Virus record (IMG/VR): IMGVR_UViG_3300044948_000587
DNA length: 64,000 nucleotides
DNA from: an uncultured virus (IMG/VR IMGVR_UViG_3300044948_000587)
Lineage: Duplodnaviria > Heunggongvirae > Uroviricota > Caudoviricetes
Reading direction: 5' to 3' (one strand)
Under the pieces are notes generated by a model. That model searched no databases and had not been told where the DNA came from. It saw only the letters and a list, made by a program, of their open reading frames with translations. This document shows positions 28,837 through 38,500 of the stretch, one piece after another. A program made the translations under genes and the position numbers. Position 1 is the stretch's first letter; each line of letters opens with the position of its first letter.

Positions 28837-28935
28837 ATTTATACAATACCAACTTTTGTTGTATTTATGTATAATACCTACATAGGTAATTAACCGTGAT
28901 ATATATCACAAAGATTTTTAAGGAAACCCATACAT

Positions 28936-31900
28936 ATGGCACAAATAGTAAAACTACGCAGAAGTTCTGTAGCTGGCAATAAACCAGTTAATGAAACATT
29001 ACAATTAGGGGAATTAGCATTAAATACAACCGACGGTAAAATTTATTTAGCCGTATCTGGTTCAGATGGTCCTACAATTGAAGAGGTAATTACTACAAAT
29101 GCATATAATACAGGTTCAGTAAATCTTAGTGGTAGTCTAAAAGTTGTCGGTACAGAATATGTAACCGGCTCAGTTATAATAACGGGTTCTTTATTCGTTA
29201 ACGGAAATTCATCATTCACATCATTAGTTGTTTCAGGTTCTGACCCTGTTGGTAATGTACAAGCTTACGTTCCACCAAGTTCAGTTTATGATCCTGCGTC
29301 ATTTAACACACCTGAAAGGGTTGCTAGTGGTATTCGTTTTAATTGGAATAATGAAAACTGGACTATTGGTGCAGCAAGAGGTGCAACAACCGATATTGAT
29401 GGTTTAATTTTTAGTAGAAACGGAGTTAAAAAATACATGTTGGACGAAGATGGTAATGCATCTTTATCAGGTTCAATGTATATAAGCGGTTCATTATTTG
29501 TTAATGGTGCTGAAGTTGGAACAGGTAAATTAAACGAAACAACATTTAATTCATATACAAGTTCAAATGTTTCACAATTTGCGGGAACATCATCATTTGC
29601 ATTAACCGCATCATATGTTGCAAATCCAACATTAGTATCAGGGTCAACAAAAAAATCAACAGTATCGGTAGGAGCAACAACATGGTCATTCAATCACCAA
29701 TTAGGTGAAAGATATCCATCAATTAATGTATTCGATTCAAATGGTTTTGTTGTTATCCCTAAAGATATTGAAACAATAGATGCAAATAACTTAAATGTAT
29801 ATTTTTCATCAAATCAGACAGGTACAGTAATTGCAACAATAGGCGGAGGAGGTTCGTCAGGAACGAGTGGTAATGGTACTTCAGGAACAAGTGGTTCATC
29901 GGGTTCTAGTGGAACAAGTGGTTCATCAGGAACTAGTGGTGTTAACGGTTCTTCAGGTACAAGTGGTGGTTCAGGTTCTTCAGGGTCTAATGGTACATCA
30001 GGTTCATCAGGAACGAGTGGTAGAGATGGTATTGGTGGTACAACACAAACATTTGCAGCATCTACAACATGGTCAGTAGCACATAATTTAGGTACTAATT
30101 TTCCGGCAGTAACTGTTTGGGACGATAATAAAAATGTGGTTATCCCAAGTCAAATAAAATCAATCGATACTAACAATATTGATGTTTATTTTGGTAGTCC
30201 AATTTCAGGTAGTGTAAATGTAATATTTGGTGGACATGTTGTTAGTGGTGCTATTGACACATCGGCGGTTGGACACATTGTACCTTCAGTTAATAACACA
30301 TATGATTTAGGTTCGGCATCAAAACAATTTAGACACTTATATTTGTCATCAGGTTCATTATATATTGACGGACAAAAAGTTTTGGGTAGTTCAAACCAAG
30401 AGTTACAAATTACAACGGATAATGGTCAATCATTAAAAATATTAGAACAAGGTACCGATACTATCACATTACAAAGTGCTGACGGAGACATTCAATTAAA
30501 AACATCTGCGGGTGGTAATGTATTGTTAGACCCAACAACAGGATTAATTGATTTAAGAGGAACGGTTCAAATACAAGACGGTAATAAAATTACAAGTTCA
30601 GGAGCAACTAAAGTTGTTTTTGGAAATGATATAGAAGTTACGGGTTCGATTAGAACAAGTGGTACATTAATTGTAAATGGGGTTTCATTCTCAGCCATGA
30701 CATCAGGAACTTCAGGTTCAAGTGGTGGTTCGGGTTCATCTGGTTCAGGTGGTACTTCAGGAACATCAGGTTCTAATGGGTCTAGTGGAACATCAGGTTC
30801 ATCAGGAACAAGTGGTACTTCAGGAAGTAGTGGAACGTCAGGCAGTTCAGGGTCATCGGGTACAAGTGGAACCTCAGTAACTGTTTCAGGTACTAACGAT
30901 GTAATTGGTAAATTCAGTTCAGGAACATTAGTTAATTCAAATATAACCGATAATGCTTCGGTAGTTAACATTAATTCAAATACAATAATCACAGGTTCAT
31001 TGACGATTACACAAAACTTAAATGTTTTAGGTTCATCATCAATAACTTATACGACAGCTTCCCAATTAAGGGTAGATGATAATGTTATTACGGTTAATGC
31101 CTCAAGTCCAGGTGTGAGATTTGCTGGTTTATCAGTAATTGATAGTGGTTCGTCACCTACCGTTTCGGGTTCATTCTTATTTGATTCATTAAATAATCAA
31201 TTTGTTTATGTTCACACAAATCAAGGTGTGGTAACATCTTCAGTTGTTATGGTGGGTGCACAAACTTACAATAGTTTAGGAAATGAGATTTTACCCACAC
31301 AAAATAGAATATTAAAATCTTTAGGTCAGGAACATCTTGGTGATTCTAATATTTCAGATGATGGCACAACAGTTAAAATTAGTACAAACACAGAAATAAC
31401 AGGTTCGTTAAGAGTTACAAGTTTAAATATTAACGGAACATCGTACGCCGCTGCTACAAGTGGAACGTCAGGTTCTTCAGGTAGTTCAGGTACAAGTGGT
31501 TCATCAGGAACATCAGGTTCTTCAGGTTCAAATGGTTCTTCAGGAACATCAGGTAGTTCAGGTTCTAGCGGAACATCTGGCAGTTCAGGTTCATCAGGAA
31601 CATCAGGTTCTAGTGGTAGTAACGGTTCATCAGGTTCTAGTGGTACAACAACAATCACAAATGCGGTAGATAATAGAGTAATGACAAGTGTCGGTGGTGT
31701 TACGTTAAATGCGGAAGCGAATTTAACATTTGACGGATCAACATTAACAGTAACAGGAGCAGTATCAACAACCGGTAACTTAACAGTAGGTGGAACATTA
31801 ACAGAAAACTCATCAGTAAGATATAAGGATAACATTGAAACTTTAAAATATGGTTTAGATAATGTTCTTAAAATGAGAGGTGTTTCATACATTAAAAAAG

Positions 31901-32082
31901 ATACAGGTGTTAAAGAGATTGGTTTAATAGCAGAAGAGTTAAATGAAATTGCACCTGAATTGGTAAATAAAAATGAAGAAGGATTACCTGATTCCGTTTC
32001 TTACGGTAGAGTAGTTTCATATTTGATTGAAGCAATAAAAGATTTAAAGAAAGAAATTGAAGAACTTAAATCAAATAAATAA
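28936..32082 (+). CDS. Tail fibre protein with C-terminal peptidase S74 intramolecular chaperone
   Basis: MAQIVKLRRS...GELALNTTDGKIY N-terminus; three GSS tracts; SSVRYKDNI...IGLIAEEL...PELV...LIEAIKDL S74 signature. Confidence 0.88.
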   Translation: MAQIVKLRRSSVAGNKPVNETLQLGELALNTTDGKIYLAVSGSDGPTIEEVITTNAYNTGSVNLSGSLKVVGTEYVTGSVIITGSLFVNGNSSFTSLVVSGSDPVGNVQAYVPPSSVYDPASFNTPERVASGIRFNWNNENWTIGAARGATTDIDGLIFSRNGVKKYMLDEDGNASLSGSMYISGSLFVNGAEVGTGKLNETTFNSYTSSNVSQFAGTSSFALTASYVANPTLVSGSTKKSTVSVGATTWSFNHQLGERYPSINVFDSNGFVVIPKDIETIDANNLNVYFSSNQTGTVIATIGGGGSSGTSGNGTSGTSGSSGSSGTSGSSGTSGVNGSSGTSGGSGSSGSNGTSGSSGTSGRDGIGGTTQTFAASTTWSVAHNLGTNFPAVTVWDDNKNVVIPSQIKSIDTNNIDVYFGSPISGSVNVIFGGHVVSGAIDTSAVGHIVPSVNNTYDLGSASKQFRHLYLSSGSLYIDGQKVLGSSNQELQITTDNGQSLKILEQGTDTITLQSADGDIQLKTSAGGNVLLDPTTGLIDLRGTVQIQDGNKITSSGATKVVFGNDIEVTGSIRTSGTLIVNGVSFSAMTSGTSGSSGGSGSSGSGGTSGTSGSNGSSGTSGSSGTSGTSGSSGTSGSSGSSGTSGTSVTVSGTNDVIGKFSSGTLVNSNITDNASVVNINSNTIITGSLTITQNLNVLGSSSITYTTASQLRVDDNVITVNASSPGVRFAGLSVIDSGSSPTVSGSFLFDSLNNQFVYVHTNQGVVTSSVVMVGAQTYNSLGNEILPTQNRILKSLGQEHLGDSNISDDGTTVKISTNTEITGSLRVTSLNINGTSYAAATSGTSGSSGSSGTSGSSGTSGSSGSNGSSGTSGSSGSSGTSGSSGSSGTSGSSGSNGSSGSSGTTTITNAVDNRVMTSVGGVTLNAEANLTFDGSTLTVTGAVSTTGNLTVGGTLTENSSVRYKDNIETLKYGLDNVLKMRGVSYIKKDTGVKEIGLIAEELNEIAPELVNKNEEGLPDSVSYGRVVSYLIEAIKDLKKEIEELKSNK

Positions 32083-32552
32083 TGGCGACATTAATAGGTA
32101 CAACTGCAACAACATACAATGCAACATCTACGTCAAATGCAAGTAGTACAATTTGTTCTAATACAATGGCTTTACAACAATGGGGTGGGAATGTTTCCGT
32201 AATATCACCATATTATAGTGCAACACCATATACGGATGTACTTTGTAATAATAATAATTGGCAATGGGTAACAGGGTATGTTAGTTTTTTAGGATATCAA
32301 AGTTACAATAGTACTCAAAATGTTTGGTTTGCACTATCACAATATGGTTTACAAATAACATCGGGGCCAACTAATGACCAATTAATAACATTTTCATATT
32401 ATGAAGACCCAACAAGTGCTTCTAAAAGTTGGTTAAGATTTACAAATCAATATAACGCATCGTGGGCAAATGCCACCTGTTTAGTTAATATAACATTATT
32501 CGCTCCAAATGCTAATGCAATAACATCACCTATTTTAACAAGATACGTTTAA
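32082..32552 (+). CDS. Small fibre-associated protein, paralog 1 of 3
   Basis: Shares LSQYGL, WLRFTN and S.ILTR with the next two ORFs. Confidence 0.7.
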   Translation: MATLIGTTATTYNATSTSNASSTICSNTMALQQWGGNVSVISPYYSATPYTDVLCNNNNWQWVTGYVSFLGYQSYNSTQNVWFALSQYGLQITSGPTNDQLITFSYYEDPTSASKSWLRFTNQYNASWANATCLVNITLFAPNANAITSPILTRYV

Positions 32553-33019
32553 TGGCAACTTTACAAAATACAACAATAAATGGTACGATAACCGCATCTA
32601 CGAGTTTCACATCACCACGTATATTAAATAATACAAGTTATAATCATATGATGAGGGAGTATAGTGGAACTGTATCAATACCATCATCAGTTAATAATGC
32701 AACAAACTATGTTGACCTATTTGGTAATCTAGGGGTTCATAATCGTATGTATGGATTTTGTAGTTGGGTAACATATCAATCTCAAATACATTGTGGTAGT
32801 TTTTATTGGCAATTATCAGAGTATGGACTTAGTACACAAACATTAACAAATTCAGGTAATTGGTCTGTTGCTAGACATAATCCAACATATGGAACAAATT
32901 ATTTGAGATTTACAAATACAGTAGGAACTGAATGGGGTAATGGTACATATTACTTTGTATTAAATGTACAAGGACCCGGTGATTTCACATCATCATATTT
33001 AACACAAAGAGTAAGATAA
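32552..33019 (+). CDS. Small fibre-associated protein, paralog 2 of 3
   Basis: LSEYGL, YLRFTN, SSYLTQRVR. Confidence 0.7.
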   Translation: MATLQNTTINGTITASTSFTSPRILNNTSYNHMMREYSGTVSIPSSVNNATNYVDLFGNLGVHNRMYGFCSWVTYQSQIHCGSFYWQLSEYGLSTQTLTNSGNWSVARHNPTYGTNYLRFTNTVGTEWGNGTYYFVLNVQGPGDFTSSYLTQRVR

Positions 33020-33459
33020 TGGCAAATTTAATAGCAACAACATCTTCCGAATTAACAGCAACTTCAATAACATCACCAAAAATGTTAATGAGTAATACAT
33101 ATGGGGCAATGAATGAATGGACAGGAACGGCGGCGATTAATAATGGTTCTTCCGTTGATTTAATATGTAATGTTAGTGGATACGCAAGAACAATTGGACT
33201 TTGTAATTTTTTTAATTTTACAACGGGAACATGGAGATATGGAATATTTGAGTTTGATGTATCAAGATATGGATTACAACACACACCAATTTTATCGTGG
33301 GGAGATTATTCAGTATCTCATTATCAAGAAGGTAATGTTGACAGAAATTGGTTAAGATTTACCAATACATCAGGACAAAATGGATTAACTGTTTATTTTA
33401 ATATAAGAATATTAAATTCATCGGGGTACGAATCGTCAATATTAACAAGAGTAAAATAA
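33019..33459 (+). CDS. Small fibre-associated protein, paralog 3 of 3
   Basis: VSRYGL, WLRFTN, SSILTRVK. Confidence 0.7.
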   Translation: MANLIATTSSELTATSITSPKMLMSNTYGAMNEWTGTAAINNGSSVDLICNVSGYARTIGLCNFFNFTTGTWRYGIFEFDVSRYGLQHTPILSWGDYSVSHYQEGNVDRNWLRFTNTSGQNGLTVYFNIRILNSSGYESSILTRVK

Positions 33460-33468
33460 TTATATAAT

Positions 33469-33735
33469 ATGATACATGAATTAGACAACGGAGACCCATT
33501 ATTAAGTCCAATCGACGGAACACCACTTACTGAAGATCAAAGATATGGATTTTATATTGGTTTATCTGAACATTACGCAACACAATATCAAAGAGATAGA
33601 CAACAAATATACCCATCATTAGGTAATCAATTAGATATGTTGTGGCATGAATTAAATGTGAGCGGTAGTTTAACAAGTAATGGTGAATGGTTTAATAAAA
33701 TAAAAGAGGTTAAAGAAAACAATCCAAAACCTTAA
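33469..33735 (+). CDS. Small phage tail-fibre-associated (assembly chaperone-like) protein
   Basis: YQRDRQQIYPSLGNQLDMLWH...IKEVKENNPKP pattern, recalled from proteins beside phage fibre genes. Confidence 0.6.
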   Translation: MIHELDNGDPLLSPIDGTPLTEDQRYGFYIGLSEHYATQYQRDRQQIYPSLGNQLDMLWHELNVSGSLTSNGEWFNKIKEVKENNPKP

Positions 33736-33738
33736 TAA

Positions 33739-34602
33739 ATGGCAAATCTTACAAATCTTACCATAAACGACACTGGTTATATACAATTACCATCGGGTAC
33801 AACGGCACAAAGACCCGTATCACCATTGACTGGTTATATTAGATTTAATACAACTATGGGTTTAGTTGAATATTACAACGGTACTTATTGGATAGATCAA
33901 ACAACCGGTAGAATTGCGGAAGGTGGTATTGTAACATCAAACTTATTACTTCATTTAGATAGTGGTAAACCAACGAGTTATCGCGGTGGTAATGTGTGGT
34001 ATGATGTTAGTTCACAATGTGCACATGGGATATTTGTAAACAGTCCAACATATACACCAGCTGATGGTTCGGGAGGTACCGTTTCATTTGACGGAACTAA
34101 TGATTATATTAGAATTTCTACATTAAATACATTACCAACAACACAAATAACTATGGAAGGTTGGATTAAACCAACAAGAACAGTAAGTACAGGTACAGTA
34201 AGAGGTGGTGTGGTTTCTGCAACAAATACAACATATTTGGGTATATTTAATTCCGCAGATGGTGGTAGTACACACTCTTTACATTGGGCAAATACTACCG
34301 ATAGTAGTAGACCATATAGTGCAGTTGGTAATATTCCCAATAATGTTTGGTCACACATTGTAGGTACATGGGATGGTTCAACGAGTAGAGCGTATGTGAA
34401 TGGTACTGAAGTATGGTCTGCGGCACAGACAGGGACAATTGCCGCTGCCACATATGTAGTTGGAACATATGGAAGTGGATTGACAGATGGGTTGCATAAT
34501 TTTCAAGGACAAATTGCAATTGCAAGAATGTATAGTATAGGATTAAGTGGAGCTCAAGTTTTACAAAATTATAATGCTCAAAGAAATAGATTTAATATTT
34601 AA
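33739..34602 (+). CDS. LamG/concanavalin A-like lectin domain virion protein
   Basis: LPSGTTAQRP...IRFNTT..VEYYNG; LLLHLD, FDGTNDY, WSHIVGTWDG, QNYNAQRNRF. Confidence 0.85.
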   Translation: MANLTNLTINDTGYIQLPSGTTAQRPVSPLTGYIRFNTTMGLVEYYNGTYWIDQTTGRIAEGGIVTSNLLLHLDSGKPTSYRGGNVWYDVSSQCAHGIFVNSPTYTPADGSGGTVSFDGTNDYIRISTLNTLPTTQITMEGWIKPTRTVSTGTVRGGVVSATNTTYLGIFNSADGGSTHSLHWANTTDSSRPYSAVGNIPNNVWSHIVGTWDGSTSRAYVNGTEVWSAAQTGTIAAATYVVGTYGSGLTDGLHNFQGQIAIARMYSIGLSGAQVLQNYNAQRNRFNI

Positions 34603-34607
34603 ATGTA

Positions 34608-35315
34608 ATGGCAAGTTTAAAAAATTTAACAATTAACGACACTGGATTTATTGGATTACCAACAGGTAGTACAGCTGAAAGACCATCTCCATCTAATGGA
34701 TATTTAAGATATAATACTACATTAGGTAGACCCGAAGTTTATATTAGTAGTTGGTTAAACCCATACGCCAGAACGGAAGGTTATTTACATTATTACGAAG
34801 GTAGAGATGCAAATTTATATACTGCAAATTGGAATAATAGCACAACGTATTCAATGTTAAATTTTGGTGGATTAGGTCATATTACGGCACATGGTTGGAC
34901 AACTGGTCCTGCAACATATACATTAACATTAGGTTCAATTCCAATACACACACAAGTTCGTTATTTAGTATTTTGGCATTTAGTAGATTCGTTGGATACT
35001 GAAACAAGTAATTTGTACTTAATGAACTCAGCCGGAACTGAAACTGAATTTCTAAGATTTACAAAGATATATAACGCGGTACCAACCACATCGGTTTTAC
35101 AATCGGGAGCAACAGCAACGTGGAGTGGTGCTAAATCGTACACATATAGACCTTGGGCAAGTGGAGCATATGGAAACGATGGTTACTATTTATTTGATAG
35201 TGGATATTATGACCACACATCCACATCATTTACTGCAAGACACGTATGTGGTGCAGACCAAGCACAAGCGGATGAAGCGATGTATCTTTCACACGTTCAA
35301 TTATGGATTAAATAA
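34608..35315 (+). CDS. Virion protein with LPTGSTAERP module and unknown C-terminal domain
   Basis: Same N-terminal module as its neighbours. Confidence 0.7.
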   Translation: MASLKNLTINDTGFIGLPTGSTAERPSPSNGYLRYNTTLGRPEVYISSWLNPYARTEGYLHYYEGRDANLYTANWNNSTTYSMLNFGGLGHITAHGWTTGPATYTLTLGSIPIHTQVRYLVFWHLVDSLDTETSNLYLMNSAGTETEFLRFTKIYNAVPTTSVLQSGATATWSGAKSYTYRPWASGAYGNDGYYLFDSGYYDHTSTSFTARHVCGADQAQADEAMYLSHVQLWIK

Positions 35316-35321
35316 TAAATT

Positions 35322-36983
35322 ATGGCAACACTTAAAAATACAACAATAACAAGTTCTACGGGATATTTGGGGTTACCATCTGGAACAGGAACACAACGAC
35401 CATCACCAACAACTGGAATGATGAGATATAATTCAAGTCGTACTGAGGTTGAAGTATATGATGGTACCAAATGGATGAGTGTACAAAAAAGAAAAGAAAA
35501 TTATAGTACATCTGGTTTAGTTTGTTATATAGATGCAGGTGACCCTAATTGTTATAGTGGTAATGGTAGTACATTAACCGATTTATCAGGAAATGCTAAT
35601 AATTTAACTCTACCTGGTTCAGGTGTTTCATTTAATACTACCGGAGGAGGTTCTTTATATTTTGATGGAACCGCAAGAGCAAACGTTGCACATCATAGTT
35701 CATTGGATTTTACTAGTACACAACAATATACTGCGTTAATTTGGGTAAATCCATCATTAGGTGGTGGAACTTGGCACGGATTAATTAGTAAAGGAGATTC
35801 ACAACAATACGCCGCAACATTGAGAAGTGCATTCGGATATATTCATTATGAAACAAATTACTCATTGGCAGCGATAGATACACCCAATAATTCAATAATA
35901 GGAAGTAAGTGGCAACAAGTTGTCATTAGAAGTGACGGGTCATCAAAAGCAACATTTATTGATACAATACGATGTGCATATGTAACAGGTGCCGTTAGTT
36001 CAACTACAAATACTGAAACATTGAGATTTGGTGAAGGTAATACGGGAGAATTACTTATTGGTTATTTAGGAGCGGTTATGATTTATAACCGAGCATTAAG
36101 TGATGAAGAAATTGGAAATATATTTAATGAACAAAGAGGTAGATATGGAGTAGATGCACCATTAGGATCGGCATTTAATCCAGCGGATTCGGCACAAACA
36201 ATAAAGACCTTAAATACAAATGCACCAAATGGTGTATATTATATAAATTTACCCAATATCGGCCCGAGAAAAACATTTTGTATTATGGATAGTACATATG
36301 ATGGAGGGGGTTGGATGATGGTAATGAAAGCCACACGAGGAACTACTTTTAATTATGGGGCAAGTTATTGGACCACACAAAATGTATTAAATCAAAATAA
36401 TTTAAATCAAGATGATGGTGATGCCAAATACGATGCATTCAATTATTTTGAAGGTACAGATTTAATGGCTAGATGGCCCGATATTCCAACTACTGGTGGT
36501 AGTATTGCGGGAACAGGAAATTGGATATGGATGGAAAAAGGGTTTAATGGTGGTAGAGCTAGTACGCGAACAAATTTAGTAGATTTTTTTACTAATGCAG
36601 GAACATACGAAAGTGGTGATGGTGGTACTTATGGTGGATATTTTTTAAGAGATGCAAAAACTTTTACTGGTTGGGCAAGTGGAGTATTTTCAAGTCAAGT
36701 AGATATTAGATTTTATGGATTTAATTTTAGAAACAACCCATTGTATTTTGGTGCAACCGATGCCAAAGTTAGATGGGGGTTTGGTTGGAATGAAAACGGA
36801 GAAGGGTTGTATACATCACCCGCTACTTTGGCAGTTGGACCATATAGAGGTTCGGATGATGTAAGTGGTGGTATTGGTATGGATAGTAGATATGGTAATT
36901 TCTCAGGTGGAGATTTGATTGGTTGTTGTCAAGATACGACTGGTATAAATAGAAGTGCAAGAGTGGAAGTCTATATTAGATAA
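35322..36983 (+). CDS. LamG plus fibrinogen-C-like domain virion protein
   Basis: LPSGTGTQRP; LamG (YIDAG...IYNRALS); NGVYYI...FCIMDS..GGGWMMV fibrinogen-like motif. Confidence 0.8.
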   Translation: MATLKNTTITSSTGYLGLPSGTGTQRPSPTTGMMRYNSSRTEVEVYDGTKWMSVQKRKENYSTSGLVCYIDAGDPNCYSGNGSTLTDLSGNANNLTLPGSGVSFNTTGGGSLYFDGTARANVAHHSSLDFTSTQQYTALIWVNPSLGGGTWHGLISKGDSQQYAATLRSAFGYIHYETNYSLAAIDTPNNSIIGSKWQQVVIRSDGSSKATFIDTIRCAYVTGAVSSTTNTETLRFGEGNTGELLIGYLGAVMIYNRALSDEEIGNIFNEQRGRYGVDAPLGSAFNPADSAQTIKTLNTNAPNGVYYINLPNIGPRKTFCIMDSTYDGGGWMMVMKATRGTTFNYGASYWTTQNVLNQNNLNQDDGDAKYDAFNYFEGTDLMARWPDIPTTGGSIAGTGNWIWMEKGFNGGRASTRTNLVDFFTNAGTYESGDGGTYGGYFLRDAKTFTGWASGVFSSQVDIRFYGFNFRNNPLYFGATDAKVRWGFGWNENGEGLYTSPATLAVGPYRGSDDVSGGIGMDSRYGNFSGGDLIGCCQDTTGINRSARVEVYIR

Positions 36984-37024
36984 TAATATTTTAATTATTG
37001 AAATATTTTTCTTATATTATAGGT

Positions 37025-37711
37025 ATGAATAATATCGGTATAGGTATAATGTGTTTCGGTGATGTTTCCTATTTTAACAGTACAAAAGAAAAAGTTACCA
37101 ATTTAAAAGATATTGGAATTGATTGTTATATCTTAACCGATGAACCAGAACAATTTACAACTAAAACCATACACTACGGTAGACACCTCAAGTCATATCA
37201 TGATAAGATAATATTAGTTAAAGAAATATTAAAAAATCACAATATCTGTATTCTAATAGATGCCGACACTTTTATCTCCGACTATTCATTTATCGAACAG
37301 TTAGTTAACTATCCATACCAAAATGGAATTACATATGTTGAAACTCTATTAAGTCATAAGATAAAAAAAGAATTCATAAGAGATATTCAAATGAATATTG
37401 GAGATATTGATTGGTTAAATTATAAAACATATCTCCAAAAAATATATCCACAATATGGTGATTTAGAGACCATTTACGAGTACTTCTTGGTTTTCAATAA
37501 AGAAGGATTAAAAGATAATTTCTTTCTCTTATATGAGAAGTTACAATCAATTAAAGAGGCGTGTGATGTGATGAGTGGAAAGAAAATTGTGGTAGGGTCA
37601 GCTGAAGGTGTATCAATACAAGTTGCCGCAAAAATTACGGATACCCAAATACAAAAAGATGTGGTATTATTTGAATTAATTAAAGATAAAATTAAAAATG
37701 ATTCAAGATAA
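37025..37711 (+). CDS. Putative GT-A fold glycosyltransferase
   Basis: YILTD, SYHDK, ILIDADT DxD motif; ATG at 37025. Confidence 0.5.
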   Translation: MNNIGIGIMCFGDVSYFNSTKEKVTNLKDIGIDCYILTDEPEQFTTKTIHYGRHLKSYHDKIILVKEILKNHNICILIDADTFISDYSFIEQLVNYPYQNGITYVETLLSHKIKKEFIRDIQMNIGDIDWLNYKTYLQKIYPQYGDLETIYEYFLVFNKEGLKDNFFLLYEKLQSIKEACDVMSGKKIVVGSAEGVSIQVAAKITDTQIQKDVVLFELIKDKIKNDSR

Positions 37712-38453
37712 CAATTATATAAAAAAATACATCACCAACAATCAAGAATTTGATGAAATGGGTGATGAAATATTAAAAAGTGTACCGTTTCGTTGGAGCC
37801 ATGGTGCAACAGATTTACATATGGGTGATGGTATCATTGTGTATGCGTTGATACAACATATGAGAGCAAAGACTTGCGTTTGTTTAGGTAGCGGTGGTGG
37901 TTTTATTCCACGTATCATGACACAAGCAAGAATTGATTTACACAAACAAGAAATATTTGAAGGTAACGGTAGTCATAATTGGGGAGACATAGGTGAGACC
38001 TATATTGTTGACGCAATGAACGGAGTTGGTGGACAAGTTAATTGGTTTGATGAAGATAGTTTTCTTAGAAAATGGTTTCAACCAAGAATAATTAATACCA
38101 CAACCGAAGATGCCTTTCATAACTACTTCGTTTTAAACGATATAAAGATTGATTATTTACATATTGATGCCGGACATAGTTATGAAAATGTTAAAGAAGA
38201 CTTTGAACTTTATACACAGATATTATCAACGAATGCAATCGTATCTATACACGATACCGACCCAAATTATGCCGACAAATACATTGTAACCAACGAGGTT
38301 AAAGATAGGGGTGATTTTGATGATTGGACAGGACCAATTAAGTTTAACCAAGAAATCGATGAGACAAAATGGGAAAAAATTAATCTATTTAATTTTGGTA
38401 TAGTTAAAAACAAACCATCATCCACAGGAATTACAATTTTACGTAAAAAATAG
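37698..38453 (+). CDS. Class I SAM-dependent methyltransferase (Methyltransf_24-like)
   Basis: CLGSGGG, IDYLHIDAGHSYENVKEDF, IHDT. Confidence 0.85.
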   Translation: MIQDNNYIKKYITNNQEFDEMGDEILKSVPFRWSHGATDLHMGDGIIVYALIQHMRAKTCVCLGSGGGFIPRIMTQARIDLHKQEIFEGNGSHNWGDIGETYIVDAMNGVGGQVNWFDEDSFLRKWFQPRIINTTTEDAFHNYFVLNDIKIDYLHIDAGHSYENVKEDFELYTQILSTNAIVSIHDTDPNYADKYIVTNEVKDRGDFDDWTGPIKFNQEIDETKWEKINLFNFGIVKNKPSSTGITILRKK

Positions 38454-38462
38454 CCTTAGACA

Positions 38463-38494
38463 TTTGATTTATACGTAAAAATTTCTTATATTTT
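38463..38494 (+). promoter_or_regulatory. Bacteroidota-type promoter
   Basis: TTTG (38463-38466)-N20-TATATTTT (38487-38494). Confidence 0.5.
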
Positions 38495-38500
38495 ATACTA

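Noticed and set aside
19953..31645. Repeat arrays as possible CRISPR arrays or ice-nucleation repeats
   Set aside because: No constant repeat with unique spacers and no cas genes; in-frame coding with 3-residue period, not the AGYGST octapeptide of ice-nucleation proteins
19951..31669. Plus-strand alternative-frame ORFs reading VLQVLVVHQE
   Set aside because: Off-frame translations of the same 9-nt periodic repeats, nested within the real genes
32082..36983. Diversity-generating retroelement acting on the adhesin genes
   Set aside because: No reverse transcriptase, and I saw no template/variable repeat pair differing at adenines in this window
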